A DNA stretch of 64,000 nucleotides, from the NCBI RefSeq assembly GCF_009914755.1, contig NC_060928.1; one strand, written 5' to 3'. This DNA comes from the human T2T-CHM13v2.0 reference genome, Homo sapiens. The notes beneath the pieces are model-generated. The model had not been told where the DNA came from. It made no database searches and saw only the letters and a program-made list of their open reading frames with translations. How positions within the stretch are numbered: position 1 is the stretch's first letter; every line of letters starts with the position of its first letter. The translations under genes and the position numbers were made by a program. This document shows positions 24,658 to 39,300 of the stretch, in pieces.

Positions 24658-27600
24658 TTTCTGTTACAGAGCAATTTTAAAACACTCTTTTTGTGGAATC
24701 TGAAAGTGGATAATTGGATAGCTTTGTGGATTTCGTTGGAAACGGGATGACGTATAAAATCTAGAGAGAAGCATTCTCAGGAACTTCTTTCTGATGTTTG
24801 CATTCAAGTCACAGAATTGAACATTCCTTTTCATAGTGCAGGTTTGAAACACTCTTTCTGTAGTATCTGGAAGTGGACATTTCAAGCGCTTTCAGGCCTA
24901 CGGGGAGAAAGGAAATATCTTCAAATAAAAACTAGACAGAAGGATTCTCAGAAACTTATTTGTGATGTGTGTCCTAAACGAACACAGTTGAACCTTTGTT
25001 TTGATACAGCATTTTGGAAACACTCCTTTTGTAGGATCTGCAGGTGGATATTTGGATAGATTTTAAGATTTCGTTGGAAACGGGAATTTCTGCATATAAA
25101 CTCAAGACAGATGCATTCTCAGAAACATCTCTGTGATGTTTGCATTCCACTCATAGAGTTGAAAACTTCCTTTCATAGAGCAGGTTTGAAACACTCTTTT
25201 TGTAATATTTGGAAGTGGACATTTGCAGCGCTTTGAGGCCTATGGTGAAAAAGGAAATATCTTCTCATAAAAACCAGAAACAAGCATTCTCAGAAACTTC
25301 TTTTTGATGTGTGTACTCAAGTAACAGAGTTGAACCTTCCTTTTGACACAGCAGTTTTGAAACAATCTTTTTGTAGAATCTGCAAGTGGATATTTGGATA
25401 GCTTTGAGGATTTCGTTGGAAACGGGATATCTTCATATAAAATCTAGACAGAAGCATTCTCAGAAACTTCTTTGTGCTGTATGTCCTCAATTAACAGAGT
25501 TGAACCATTGCTTGGATACAGCATTTTGGAAACATTCCTTGAGTAGAATCTGCAAGTTGATATTTAGATAGATTTGAAGATTTCGTTGGAAAAGGGAATA
25601 TCTCCATATAAAATCTAGAGGGAAGCATTCTCAGAAACTGCTTTGTGATGTTTCCATTCAAGTCACAGAGTTGAATATTCCCTATTATAGAGCACGTTTG
25701 AAACACTCTTTCTGCACTATCTGGAAGTGGACATTTCGAGCGCTTTGAGGCCTATGGTGAAAAAGGAAATATCTTCCCATAAAAACTAGACAGAAGCATT
25801 CTCAGAAACTTGTTTGTGATGTGTGTATTCAACTAACAGAGTTGAACTTTTGTTTTTACAGAGCCGTTTTAAAACACTCTTTTTGTGGAATCAGAAAGTG
25901 GATATTCGGATGGCTCTGAGGATTTCGTTGGAAGCGGGATTACATATAAAATCTAGAGAGAAGCATTCTCAGGAACTTCTTTGTGATGTTTGCATTGAAG
26001 TCACAGAATTGAACATTCACTTTGATAGAGCAGGTTTGAAACACTCATTCTGTAGTATCTGGAAGTGGACATTTCAAGCGCTTTCAGGCCTATGGTGAGA
26101 AAGGAAATATCTTCGAATAAAAACTAGACAGAAGCATCCTCAGAAACTTATTTGTGATGTGTGTCCTCAACTAACAGAGTTGAAACTTTGTTTTGATACA
26201 GCATTTTGGAAACACTCTTTTTGTAGAATCTGCAGGTGGATATTTGGATAGCTTAGAGGGATTCGTTGGAAAGGGGATATCTTCATATAAAATCTAGACA
26301 GAAGCATTCTCAGAAACTTATTTGTGATGTGTGTCCTCAACTAACAGAGTTGAACCTTGGTTTTGATACAGCATTTTGGAAACACTCCTTTTGTAGAATC
26401 TGCAGGTGGATATGTGGATAGCTCTGAAGATTTCGTTGGAAACGGGAATTTCTTCATATAAAATCAAACAGAAGCATTCTCAGAAACTTCTCAGTGATGT
26501 TTGCATTCAGCTCATGGAGTTGAACACTTCCTTTCATAGAGCCGGTTTGAAACACTCTTTCTGCACTACCTGGAAGAGGACATTTCGAGCGCTTTGAGTC
26601 CTATGGTGAAAAAGGAAATATCTTCTCATAAAAACCAGAAAGAAGCATTCTCAGAAACTTCTTTGTGTTGTGTGTACTCATGTAACAGTGTTGAACCATC
26701 CTTTTGACAGAGCAGTTTTGAAACACTCTTTTTGTAGAATCTGCAAGTGGATATTTGGATAGCTTTGAGGATTTCGTTGGAAACGGGATGACATATAATA
26801 TCTAGAGAGAAGCATTCTCAGGAACTTCTTTGTGATGTTTGCATTCAAGTCACAGAATTGAACATTCCCTTTCATAGAGCAGGTTTGAAACACTCTTTCT
26901 CTAGTATCTGGAAGTGGGCATTTCAAGCGCTTTCAGGCCTATGGAGAGAAAGGAAATACCTTCAAATAAAAACTAGACAGAAGCATTCTCAGAAACTTAT
27001 TTGTGATGTGTGTCCTCAACTAACAGAGTTGAACCTTTGTTTTGATACAGCATTTTGGAAACACTCCTTTTGTAGAATCTGCAGGTGGATATTTGGATAA
27101 CTTTGAAGATTTCGTTGGAAACCGGAATATCTTCATATAAAATCAAGACAGAAGCATTCTCGGAAACATCTCTGTGATGTTTGCATTCAACTCAGTAGAG
27201 TTGAACACTTCCTTTCATAGAGCCGGTTTGAAACACTCTTTCTGCACTACCTGGAAGCGGACATTTCGAGCGCTTTGAGGCCTATGGTGAAAAAGGAAAT
27301 ATCTTCTCATAAAAACCAGAAAGAAGCATTCTCAGAAACTTCTTTGTGTTGTGTGTACTCAAGTAACAGTGTTGAACCTTCCTTTTGACACAGCAGTTTT
27401 GAAACACTCTTTTGGTAGAATCTGCAAGTGGATATTTGGATAGCTTTGAGGATTTCGTTGGAAACGGGTTATCTTCATATAAAATCCAGACAGGAGCATT
27501 CTCAGAAACTTCTTTGTGCTGCATGTCCTCAATTCACAGAGCTGAACCTTTGTTTGGATACAGCATTTTGGAAACATTCCTTTAGTAGAATCTGCAAGTT

Positions 27601-27889
27601 GATATTTAGATAGCTTTGAAGATTTCGTTGGAAACGGGAATATCTTCATAGAAAATCTAGACGGAAGCATTCTCAGAAACTGCTTTGTGATGTTTGCATT
27701 CAAGTCACAGAGTTGAATATTCCCTTTTATAGACTAGGTTTGAAACACTCTTTCGGCACTACCTGGAAGTGGATATTTCGAGCTCTTTGAGGCCTATGGT
27801 TAAAAGGAAATATCTTCCCATAAAAACTAGACAGAAGCCGTCTCAGAAACTTGTTTGTGATGTGTGTATTCAACTAACAGAGTTGAACA
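24658..27889 (+). repeat. HOR unit 8: 19-mer (3232 bp)
   Basis: Anchor ORF 24664 to 27896. Confidence 0.95.
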
Positions 27890-30800
27890 TTTCTGTTACA
27901 GAGCAATTTTAAAACACTCTTTTTGTGGAATCTGAAAGTGGATAATTGGATAGCTTTGTGGATTTCGTTGGAAACGGGATGACGTATAAAATCTAGAGAG
28001 AAGCATTCTCAGGAACTTCTTTCTGATGTTTGCATTCAAGTCACAGAATTGAACATTCCTTTTCATAGTGCAGGTTTGAAACACTCTTTCTGTAGTATCT
28101 GGAAGTGGACATTTCAAGCGCTTTCAGGCCTACGGGGAGAAAGGAAATATCTTCAAATAAAAACTAGACAGAAGGATTCTCAGAAACTTATTTGTGATGT
28201 GTGTCCTAAACGAACACAGTTGAACCTTTGTTTAGATACAGCATTTTGGAAACACTCCTTTTGTAGGATCTGCAGGTGGATATTTGGATAGATTTTAAGA
28301 TTTCGTTGGAAACGGGAGTTTCTTCATAGAAACTCAAGACAGATGCATTCTCAGAAACATCTCTGTGATGTTTGCATTCCACTCATAGAGTTGAAAACTT
28401 CCTTTCATAGAGCAGGTTTGAAACACTCTTTTTGTAATATTTGGAAGTGGACATTTGCAGCGCTTTGAGGCCTATGGTGAAAAAGGAAATATCTTCTCAT
28501 AAAAACCAGAAACAAGCATTCTCAGAAACTTCTTTTTGATGTGTGTACTCAAATAACAGAGTTGAACCTTCCTTTTGACACAGCAGTTTTGAAACAATCT
28601 TTTTGTAGAATCTGCAAGTGGATATTTGGATAGCTTTGAGGATTTCGTTGGAAACGGGATATCTTCATATAAAATCTAGACAGAAGCATTCTCAGAAACT
28701 TCTTTGTGCTGTATGTCCTCAATTAACAGAGTTGAACCATTGCTTGGATACAGCATTTTGGAAACATTCCTTGAGTAGAATCTGCAAGTTGATATTTAGA
28801 TAGATTTGAAGATTTCGTTGGAAAAGGGAATATCTCCATATAAAATCTAGACGGAAGCATTCTCAGAAACTGCTTTGTGATGTTTCCATTCAAGTCACAG
28901 AGTTGAATATTCCCTTTTATAGAGCACGTTTGAAACACTCTTTCTGCACTATCTGGAAGTGGAAATTTCGAGCGCTTTGAGGCCTATGGTGAAAAAGGAA
29001 ATATCTTCCCATAAAAATTAGACAGAAGCATTCTCAGAAACTTGTTTGTGATGTGTGTATTCAACTAATAGAGTTGAACTTTTGTTTTTACAGAGTCGTT
29101 TTAAAACACTCTTTTTGTGGAATCAGAAAGTGGATATTCGGATGGCTCTGAGGATTTCGTTGGAAGCGGGATTACATATAAAATCTAGAGAGAAGCATTC
29201 TCAGGAACTTCTTTGTGATGTTTGCATTGAAGTCACAGAATTGAACATTCACTTTGATAGAGCAGGTTTGAAACACTCATTCTGTAGTATCTGGAAGTGG
29301 ACATTTCAAGCGCTTTCAGGCCTATGGTGAAAAAGGAAATATCTTCGAATAAAAACTAGACAGAAGCATCCTCAGAAACTTATTTGTGATGTGTGTCCTC
29401 AACTAACAGAGTTGAAACTTTGTTTTGATACAGCATTTTGGAAACACTCCTTTTGTAGAATCTGCAGGTGGATATGTGGATAGCTCTGAAGATTTCGTTG
29501 GAAACGGGAATTTCTTCATATAAAATCAAACAGAAGCATTCTCAGAAACTTCTCAGTGATGTTTGCATTCAGCTCATGGAGTTGAACACTTCCTTTCATA
29601 GAGCCGGTTTGAAACACTCTTTCTGCACTACCTGGAAGAGGCCATTTCGAGCGCTTTGAGTCCTATGGTGAAAAAGGAAATATCTTCTCATAAAAACCAG
29701 AAAGAAGCATTCTCAGAAACTTCTTTGTGTTGTGTGTACTCATGTAACAGTGTTGAACCATCCTTTTGACAGAGCAGTTTTGAAACACTCTTTTTGTAGA
29801 ATCTGCAAGTGGATATTTGGATAGCTTTGAGGATTTCGTTGGAAACGGGATGACATATAATATCTAGAGAGAAGCATTCTCAGGAACTTCTTTGTGCTGT
29901 TTGCATTCAAGTCACAGAATTGAACATTCCCTTTCATAGAGCAGATTTGAAACACTCTTTCTCTAGTATCTGGAAGTGGGCATTTCAAGCGCTTTCAGGC
30001 CTATTGAGAGAAAGGAAATACCTTCAAATAAAAACTAGACAGAAGCATTCTCAGAAACTTGTTTGTGATGTGTGTATTCAACTAACAGGGTTGAACTTTT
30101 GTTTTTACAGAGCCGTTTTAAAACACTCTTTTTGTGGAATCAGAAAGTGGATATTCGGATGGCTCTGAGGATTTCGTTGGAAGCGGGATTACATATAAAA
30201 TCTAGAGAGAAGCATTCTCAGGAACTTCTTTGTGATGTTTGCATTGAAGTCACAGAATTGAACATTCACTTTGATAGAGCAGGTTTGAAACACTCATTCT
30301 GTAGTATCTGGAAGTGGACATTTCAAGCGCTTTCAGGCCTATGGTGAGAAAGGAAATATCTTCGAATAAAAACTAGACAGAAGCATCCTCAGAAACTTAT
30401 TTGTGATGTGTGTCCTCAACTAACAGAGTTGAAACTTTGTTTTGATACAGCATTTTGGAAACACTCTTTTTGTAGAATCTGCAGGTGGATATTTGGATAG
30501 CTTAGAGGGATTCGTTGGAAAGGGGATATCTTCATATAAAATCTAGACAGAAGCATTCTCAGAAACTTATTTGTGATGTGTGTCCTCAACTAACAGAGTT
30601 GAACCTTGGTTTTGATACAGCATTTTGGAAACACTCCTTTTGTAGAATCTGCAGGTGGATATGTGGATAGCTCTGAAGATTTCGTTGGAAACGGGAATTT
30701 CTTCATATAAAATCAAACAGAAGCTTTCTCAGAAACTTCTCAGTGATGTTTGCATTCAGCTCATGGAGTTGAACACTTCCTTTCATAGAGCCGGTTTGAA

Positions 30801-32138
30801 ACACTCTTTCTGCACTACCTGGAAGAGGACATTTCGAGCGCTTTGAGTCCTATGGTGAAAAAGGAAATATCTTCTCATAAAAACCAGAAAGAAGCATTCT
30901 CAGAAACTTCTTTGTGTTGTGTGTACTCATGTAACAGTGTTGAACCATCCTTTTGACAGAGCAGTTTTGAAACACTCTTTTTGTAGAATCTGCAAGTGGA
31001 TATTTGGATAGCTTTGAGGATTTCGTTGGAAACGGGATGACATATAATATGTAGAGAGAAGCATTCTCAGGAACTTCTTTGTGATGTTTGCATTCAAGTC
31101 ACAGAATTGAACATTCCCTTTCATAGAGCAGGTTTGAAACACTCTTTCTCTAGTATCTGGAAGTGGGCATTTCAAGCGCTTTCAGGCCTATGGAGAGAAA
31201 GGAAATACCTTCAAATAAAAACTAGACAGAAGCATTCTCAGAAACTTATTTGTGATGTGTGTCCTCAACTAACAGAGTTGAACCTTTGTTTTGATACAGC
31301 ATTTTGGAAACACTCCTTTTGTAGAATCTGCAGGTGGATATTTGGATAACTTTGAAGATTTCGTTGGAAACCGGAATATCTTCATATAAAATCAAGACAG
31401 AAGCATTCTCGGAAACATCTCTGTGATGTTTGCATTCAACTCAGTAGAGTTGAACACTTCCTTTCATAGAGCCGGTTTGAAACACTCTTTCTGCACTACC
31501 TGGAAGCAGACATTTCGAGCGCTTTGAGGCCTATGGTGAAAAAGGAAATATCTTCTCATAAAAACCAGAAAGAAGCATTCTCAGAAACTTCTTTGTGTTG
31601 TGTGTACTCAAGTAACAGTGTTGAACCTTCCTTTTGACACAGCAGTTTTGAAACACTCTTTTGGTAGAATCTGCAAGTGGATATTTGGATAGCTTTGAGG
31701 ATTTCGTTGGAAACGGGTTATCTTCATATAAAATCCAGACAGGAGCATTCTCAGAAACTTCTTTGTGCTGCATGTCCTCAATTCACAGAGCTGAACCTTT
31801 GTTTGGATACAGCATTTTGGAAACATTCCTTTAGTAGAATCTGCAAGTTGATATTTAGATAGCTTTGAAGATTTCGTTGGAAACGGGAATATCTTCATAG
31901 AAAATCTAGACGGAAGCATTCTCAGAAACTGCTTTGTGATGTTTGCATTCAAGTCACAGAGTTGAATATTCCCTTTTATAGAGTAGGTTTGAAACACTCT
32001 TTCGGCACTACCTGGAAGTGGATATTTCGAGCTCTTTGAGGCCTATGGTTAAAAGGAAATATCTTCCCATAAAAACTAGACAGAAGCCGTCTCAGAAACT
32101 TGTTTGTGATGTGTGTATTCAACTACCAGAGTTGAACA
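27890..32138 (+). repeat. HOR unit 9: 25-mer (4249 bp)
   Basis: Anchor ORF 27896 to 32145. Extra block ~29029-30045. Confidence 0.93.
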
Positions 32139-35100
32139 TTTCTGTTACAGAGCAATTTTAAAACACTCTTTTTGTGGAATCTGAAAGTGGATAATTGGAT
32201 AGCTTTGTGGATTTCGTTGGAAACGGGATGACGTATAAAATCTAGAGAGAAGCATTCTCAGGAACTTCTTTCTGATGTTTGCATTCAAGTCACAGAATTG
32301 AACATTCCTTTTCATAGTGCAGGTTTGAAACACTCTTTCTGTAGTATCTGGAAGTGGACATTTCAAGCGCTTTCAGGCCTACGGGGAGAAAGGAAATATC
32401 TTCAAATAAAAACTAGACAGAAGGATTCTCAGAAACTTATTTGTGATGTGTGTCCTAAACGTACACAGTTGAACCTTTGTTTAGATACAGCATTTTGGAA
32501 ACACTCCTTTTGTAGGATCTGCAGGTGGATATTTGGATAGATTTTAAGATTTCGTTGGAAACGGGAGTTTCTTCATAGAAACTCAAGACAGATGCATTCT
32601 CAGAAACATCTCTGTGATGTTTGCATTCCACTCATAGAGTTGAAAACTTCCTTTCATAGAGCAGGTTTGAAACACTCTTTTTGTAATATTTGGAAGTGGA
32701 CATTTGCAGCGCTTTGAGGCCTATGGTGAAAAAGGAAATATCTTCTCATAAAAACCAGAAACAAGCATTCTCAGAAACTTCTTTTTGATGTGTGTACTCA
32801 AGTAACAGAGTTGAACCTTCCTTTTGACACAGCAGTTTTGAAACAATCTTTTTGTAGAATCTGCAAGTGGATATTTGGATAGCTTTGAGGATTTCGTTGG
32901 AAACGGGATATCTTCATATAAAATCTAGACAGAAGCATTCTCAGAAACTTCTTTGTGCTGTATGTCCTCAATTAACAGAGTTGAACCATTGCTTGGATAC
33001 AGCATTTTGGAAACATTCCTTTAGTAGAATCTGCAAGTTGATATTGAGATAGATTTGAAGATTTCGTTGGAAAAGGGAATATCTCCATATAAAATCTAGA
33101 CGGAAGCATTCTCAGAAACTGCTTTGTGATGTTTCCATTCAAGTCACAGAGTTGAATATTCCCTTTTATAGAGCACGTTTGAAACACTCTTTCTGCACTA
33201 TCTGGAAGTGGACATTTCGAGCGCTTTGAGGCCTATGGTGAAAAAGGAAATATCTTCCCATAAAAATTAGACAGAAGCATTCTCAGAAACTTGTTTGTGA
33301 TGTGTGTATTCAACTAACAGAGTTGAACTTTTGTTTTTACAGAGCCGTTTTAAAACACTCTTTTTGTGGAATCAGAAAGTGGATATTCGGATGGCTCTCA
33401 GGATTTCGTTGGAAGCGGGATTACATATAAAATCTAGAGAGAAGCATTCTCAGGAACTTCTTTGTGATGTTTGCATTGAAGTCACAGAATTGAACATTCA
33501 CTTTGATAGAGCAGGTTTGAAACACTCATTCTGTAGTATCTGGAAGTGGACATTTCAAGCGCTTTCAGGCCTATGGTGAAAAAGGAAATATCTTCGAATA
33601 AAAACTAGACAGAAGCATCCTCAGAAACTTATTTGTGATGTGTGTCCTCAACTAACAGAGTTGAAACTTTGTTTTGATACAGCATTTTGGAAACACTCCT
33701 TTTGTAGAATCTGCAGGTGGATATGTGGATAGCTCTGAAGATTTCGTTGGAAACGGGAATTTCTTCATATAAAATCAAACAGAAGCATTCTCAGAAACTT
33801 CTCAGTGATGTTTGCATTCAGCTCATGGAGTTGAACACTTCCTTTCATAGAGCCGGTTTGAAACACTCTTTCTGCACTACCTGGAAGAGGCCATTTCGAG
33901 CGCTTTGAGTCCTATGGTGAAAAAGGAAATATCTTCTCATAAAAACCAGAAAGAAGCATTCTCAGAAACTTCTTTGTGTTGTGTGTACTCATGTAACAGT
34001 GTTGAACCATCCTTTTGACAGAGCAGTTTTGAAACACTCTTTTTGTAGAATCTGCAAGTGGATATTTGGATAGCTTTGAGGATTTCGTTGGAAACGGGAT
34101 GACATATAATATCTAGAGAGAAGCATTCTCAGGAACTTCTTTGTGCTGTTTGCATTCAAGTCACAGAATTGAACATTCCCTTTCATAGAGCAGATTTGAA
34201 ACACTCTTTCTCTAGTATCTGGAAGTGGGCATTTCAAGCGCTTTCAGGCCTATTGAGAGAAAGGAAATACCTTCAAATAAAAACTAGACAGAAGCATTCT
34301 CAGAAACTTGTTTGTGATGTGTGTATTCAACTAACAGAGTTGAACTTTTGTTTTTACAGAGCCGTTTTAAAACACTCTTTTTGTGGAATCAGAAAGTGGA
34401 TATTCGGATGGCTCTGAGGATTTCGTTGGAAGCGGGATTACATATAAAGTCTAGAGAGAAGCATTCTCAGGAACTTCTTTGTGATGTTTGCATTGAAGTC
34501 ACAGAATTGAACATTCACTTTGATAGAGCAGGTTTGAAACACTCATTCTGTAGTATCTGGAAGTGGACATTTCAAGCGCTTTCAGGCCTATGGTGAGAAA
34601 GGAAATATCTTCGAATAAAAACTAGACAGAAGCATCCTCAGAAACTTATTTGTGATGTGTGTCCTCAACTAACAGAGTTGAAACTTTGTTTTGATACAGC
34701 ATTTTGGAAACACTCTTTTTGTAGAATCTGCAGGTGGATATTTGGATAGCTTAGAGGGATTCGTTGGAAAGGGGATATCTTCATATAAAATCTAGACAGA
34801 AGCATTCTCAGAAACTTATTTGTGATGTGTGTCCTCAACTAACAGAGTTGAACCTTGGTTTTGATACAGCATTTTGGAAACACTCCTTTTGTAGAATCTG
34901 CAGGTGGATATGTGGATAGCTCTGAAGATTTCGTTGGAAACGGGAATTTCTTCATATAAAATCAAACAGAAGCATTCTCAGAAACTTCTCAGTGATGTTT
35001 GCATTCAGCTCATGGAGTTGAACACTTCCTTTCATAGAGCCGGTTTGAAACACTCTTTCTGCACTACCTGGAAGAGGACATTTCGAGCGCTTTGAGTCCT

Positions 35101-36387
35101 ATGGTGAAAAAGGAAATATCTTCTCATAAAAACCAGAAAGAAGCATTCTCAGAAACTTCTTTGTGTTGTGTGTACTCATGTAACAGTGTTGAACCATCCT
35201 TTTGACAGAGCAGTTTTGAAACACTCTTTTTGTAGAATCTGCAAGTGGATATTTGGATAGCTTTGAGGATTTCGTTGGAAACGGGATGACATATAATATC
35301 TAGAGAGAAGCATACTCAGGAACTTCTTTGTGATGTTTGCATTCAAGTCACAGAATTGAACATTCCCTTTCATAGAGCAGGTTTGAAACACTCTTTCTCT
35401 AGTATCTGGAAGTGGGCATTTCAAGCGCTTTCAGGCCTATGGAGAGAAAGGAAATACCTTCAAATAAAAACTAGACAGAAGCATTCTCAGAAACTTATTT
35501 GTGATGTGTGTCCTCAACTAACAGAGTTGAACCTTTGTTTTGATACAGCATTTTGGAAACACTCCTTTTGTAGAATCTGCAGGTGGATATTTGGATAACT
35601 TTGAAGATTTCGTTGGAAACCGGAATATCTTCATATAAAATCAAGACAGAAGCATTCTCGGAAACATCTCTGTGATGTTTGCATTCAACTCAGTAGAGTT
35701 GAACACTTCCTTTCATAGAGCAGGTTTGAAACACTCTTTCTGCACTACCTGGAAGCGGACATTTCGAGCGCTTTGAGGCCTATGGTGAAAAAGGAAATAT
35801 CTTCTCATAAAAACCAGAAAGAAGCATTCTCAGAAACTTCTTTGTGTTGTGTGTACTCAAGTAACAGTGTTGAACCTTCCTTTTGACACAGCAGTTTTGA
35901 AACACTCTTTTGGTAGAATCTGCAAGTGGATATTTGGATAGCTTTGAGGATTTCGTTGGAAACGGGTTATCTTCATATAAAATCCAGACAGGAGCATTCT
36001 CAGAAACTTCTTTGTGCTGCATGTCCTCAATTCACAGAGCTGAACCTTTGTTTGGATACAGCATTTTGGAAACATTCCTTTAGTAGAATCTGCAAGTTGA
36101 TATTTAGATAGCTTTGAAGATTTCGTTGGAAACGGGAATATCTTCATAGAAAATCTAGACGGAAGCATTCTCAGAAACTGCTTTGTGATGTTTGCATTCA
36201 AGTCACAGAGTTGAATATTCCCTTTTATAGAGTAGGTTTGAAACACTCTTTCGGCACTACCTGGAAGTGGATATTTCGAGCTCTTTGAGGCCTATGGTTA
36301 AAAGGAAATATCTTCCCATAAAAACTAGACAGAAGCCGTCTCAGAAACTTGTTTGTGATGTGTGTATTCAACTAACAGAGTTGAACA
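32139..36387 (+). repeat. HOR unit 10: 25-mer (4249 bp)
   Basis: Anchor ORF 32145 to 36394. Extra block ~33278-34294. Confidence 0.93.
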
Positions 36388-39300
36388 TTTCTGTTACAGA
36401 GCAATTTTAAAACACTCTTTTTGTGGAATCTGAAAGTGGATAATTGGATAGCTTTGTGGATTTCGTTGGAAACGGGATGACGTATAAAATCTAGAGAGAA
36501 GCATTCTCAGGAACTTCTTTCTGATGTTTGCATTCAAGTCACAGAATTGAACATTCCTTTTCATAGTGCAGGTTTGAAACACTCTTTCTGTAGTATCTGG
36601 AAGTGGACATTTCAAGCGCTTTCAGGCCTACGGGGAGAAAGGAAATATCTTCAAATAAAAACTAGACAGAAGGATTCTCAGAAACTTATTTGTGATGTGT
36701 GTCCTAAACGAACACAGTTGAACCTTTGTTTAGATACAGCATTTTGGAAACACTCCTTTTGTAGGATCTGCAGGTGGATATTTGGATAGATTTTAAGATT
36801 TCGTTGGAAACGGGAGTTTCTTCATAGAAACTCAAGACAGATGCATTCTCAGAAACATCTCTGTGATGTTTGCATTCCACTCATAGAGTTGAAAACTTCC
36901 TTTCATAGAGCAGGTTTGAAACACTCTTTTTGTAATATTTGGAAGTGGACATTTGCAGCGCTTTGAGGCCTATGGTGAAAAAGGAAATATCTTCTCATAA
37001 AAACCAGAAACAAGCATTCTCAGAAACTTCTTTTTGATGTGTGTACTCAAGTAACAGAGTTGAACCTTCCTTTTGACACAGCAGTTTTGAAACAATCTTT
37101 TTGTAGAATCTGCAAGTGGATATTTGGATAGCTTTGAGGATTTCGTTGGAAACGGGATATCTTCATATAAAATCTAGACAGAAGCATTCTCAGAAACTTC
37201 TTTGTGCTGTATGTCCTCAATTAACAGAGTTGAACCATTGCTTGGATACAGCATTTTGGAAACATTCCTTTAGTAGAATCTGCAAGTTGATATTGAGATA
37301 GATTTGAAGATTTCGTTGGAAAAGGGAATATCTCCATATAAAATCTAGACGGAAGCATTCTCAGAAACTGCTTTGTGATGTTTCCATTCAAGTCACAGAG
37401 TTGAATATTCCCTTTTATAGAGCACGTTTGAAACACTCTTTCTGCACTATCTGGAAGTGGACATTTCGAGCGCTTTGAGGCCTATGGTGAAAAAGGAAAT
37501 ATCTTCCCATAAAAATTAGACAGAAGCATTCTCAGAAACTTGTTTGTGATGTGTGTATTCAACTAACAGAGTTGAACTTTTGTTTTTACAGAGCCGTTTT
37601 AAAACACTCTTTTTGTGGAATCAGAAAGTGGATATTCGGATGGCTCTCAGGATTTCGTTGGAAGCGGGATTACATATAAAATCTAGAGAGAAGCATTCTC
37701 AGGAACTTCTTTGTGATGTTTGCATTGAAGTCACAGAATTGAACATTCACTTTGATAGAGCAGGTTTGAAACACTCATTCTGTAGTATCTGGAAGTGGAC
37801 ATTTCAAGCGCTTTCAGGCCTATGGTGAAAAAGGAAATATCTTCGAATAAAAACTAGACAGAAGCATCCTCAGAAACTTATTTGTGATGTGTGTCCTCAA
37901 CTAACAGAGTTGAAACTTTGTTTTGATACAGCATTTTGGAAACACTCCTTTTGTAGAATCTGCAGGTGGATATGTGGATAGCTCTGAAGATTTCGTTGGA
38001 AACGGGAATTTCTTCATATAAAACCAAACAGAAGCATTCTCAGAAACTTCTCAGTGATGTTTGCATTCAGCTCATGGAGTTGAACACTTCCTTTCATAGA
38101 GCCGGTTTGAAACACTCTTTCTGCACTACCTGGAAGAGGCCATTTCGAGCGCTTTGAGTCCTATGGTGAAAAAGGAAATATCTTCTCATAAAAACCAGAA
38201 AGAAGCATTCTCAGAAACTTCTTTGTGTTGTGTGTACTCATGTAACAGTGTTGAACCATCCTTTTGACAGAGCAGTTTTGAAACACTCTTTTTGTAGAAT
38301 CTGCAAGTGGATATTTGGATAGCTTTGAGGATTTCGTTGGAAACGGGATGACATATAATATGTAGAGAGAAGCATTCTCAGGAACTTCTTTGTGCTGTTT
38401 GCATTCAAGTCACAGAATTGAACATTCCCTTTCATAGAGCAGATTTGAAACACTCTTTCTCTAGTATCTGGAAGTGGGCATTTCAAGCGCTTTCAGGCCT
38501 ATTGAGAGAAAGGAAATACCTTCAAATAAAAACTAGACAGAAGCATTCTCAGAAACTTGTTTGTGATGTGTGTATTCAACTAACAGAGTTGAACTTTTGT
38601 TTTTACAGAGCCGTTTTAAAACACTCTTTTTGTGGAATCAGAAAGTGGATATTCGGATGGCTCTGAGGATTTCGTTGGAAGCGGGATTACATATAAAGTC
38701 TAGAGAGAAGCATTCTCAGGAACTTCTTTGTGATGTTTGCATTGAAGTCACAGAATTGAACATTCACTTTGATAGAGCAGGTTTGAAACACTCATTCTGT
38801 AGTATCTGGAAGTGGACATTTCAAGCGCTTTCAGGCCTATGGTGAGAAAGGAAATATCTTCGAATAAAAACTAGACAGAAGCATCCTCAGAAACTTATTT
38901 GTGATGTGTGTCCTCAACTAACAGAGTTGAAACTTTGTTTTGATACAGCATTTTGGAAACACTCTTTTTGTAGAATCTGCAGGTGGATATTTGGATAGCT
39001 TAGAGGGATTCGTTGGAAAGGGGATATCTTCATATAAAATCTAGACAGAAGCATTCTCAGAAACTTATTTGTGATGTGTGTCCTCAACTAACAGAGTTGA
39101 ACCTTGGTTTTGATACAGCATTTTGGAAACACTCCTTTTGTAGAATCTGCAGGTGGATATGTGGATAGCTCTGAAGATTTCGTTGGAAACGGGAATTTCT
39201 TCATATAAAATCAAACAGAAGCATTCTCAGAAACTTCTCAGTGATGTTTGCATTCAGCTCATGGAGTTGAACACTTCCTTTCATAGAGCCGGTTTGAAAC

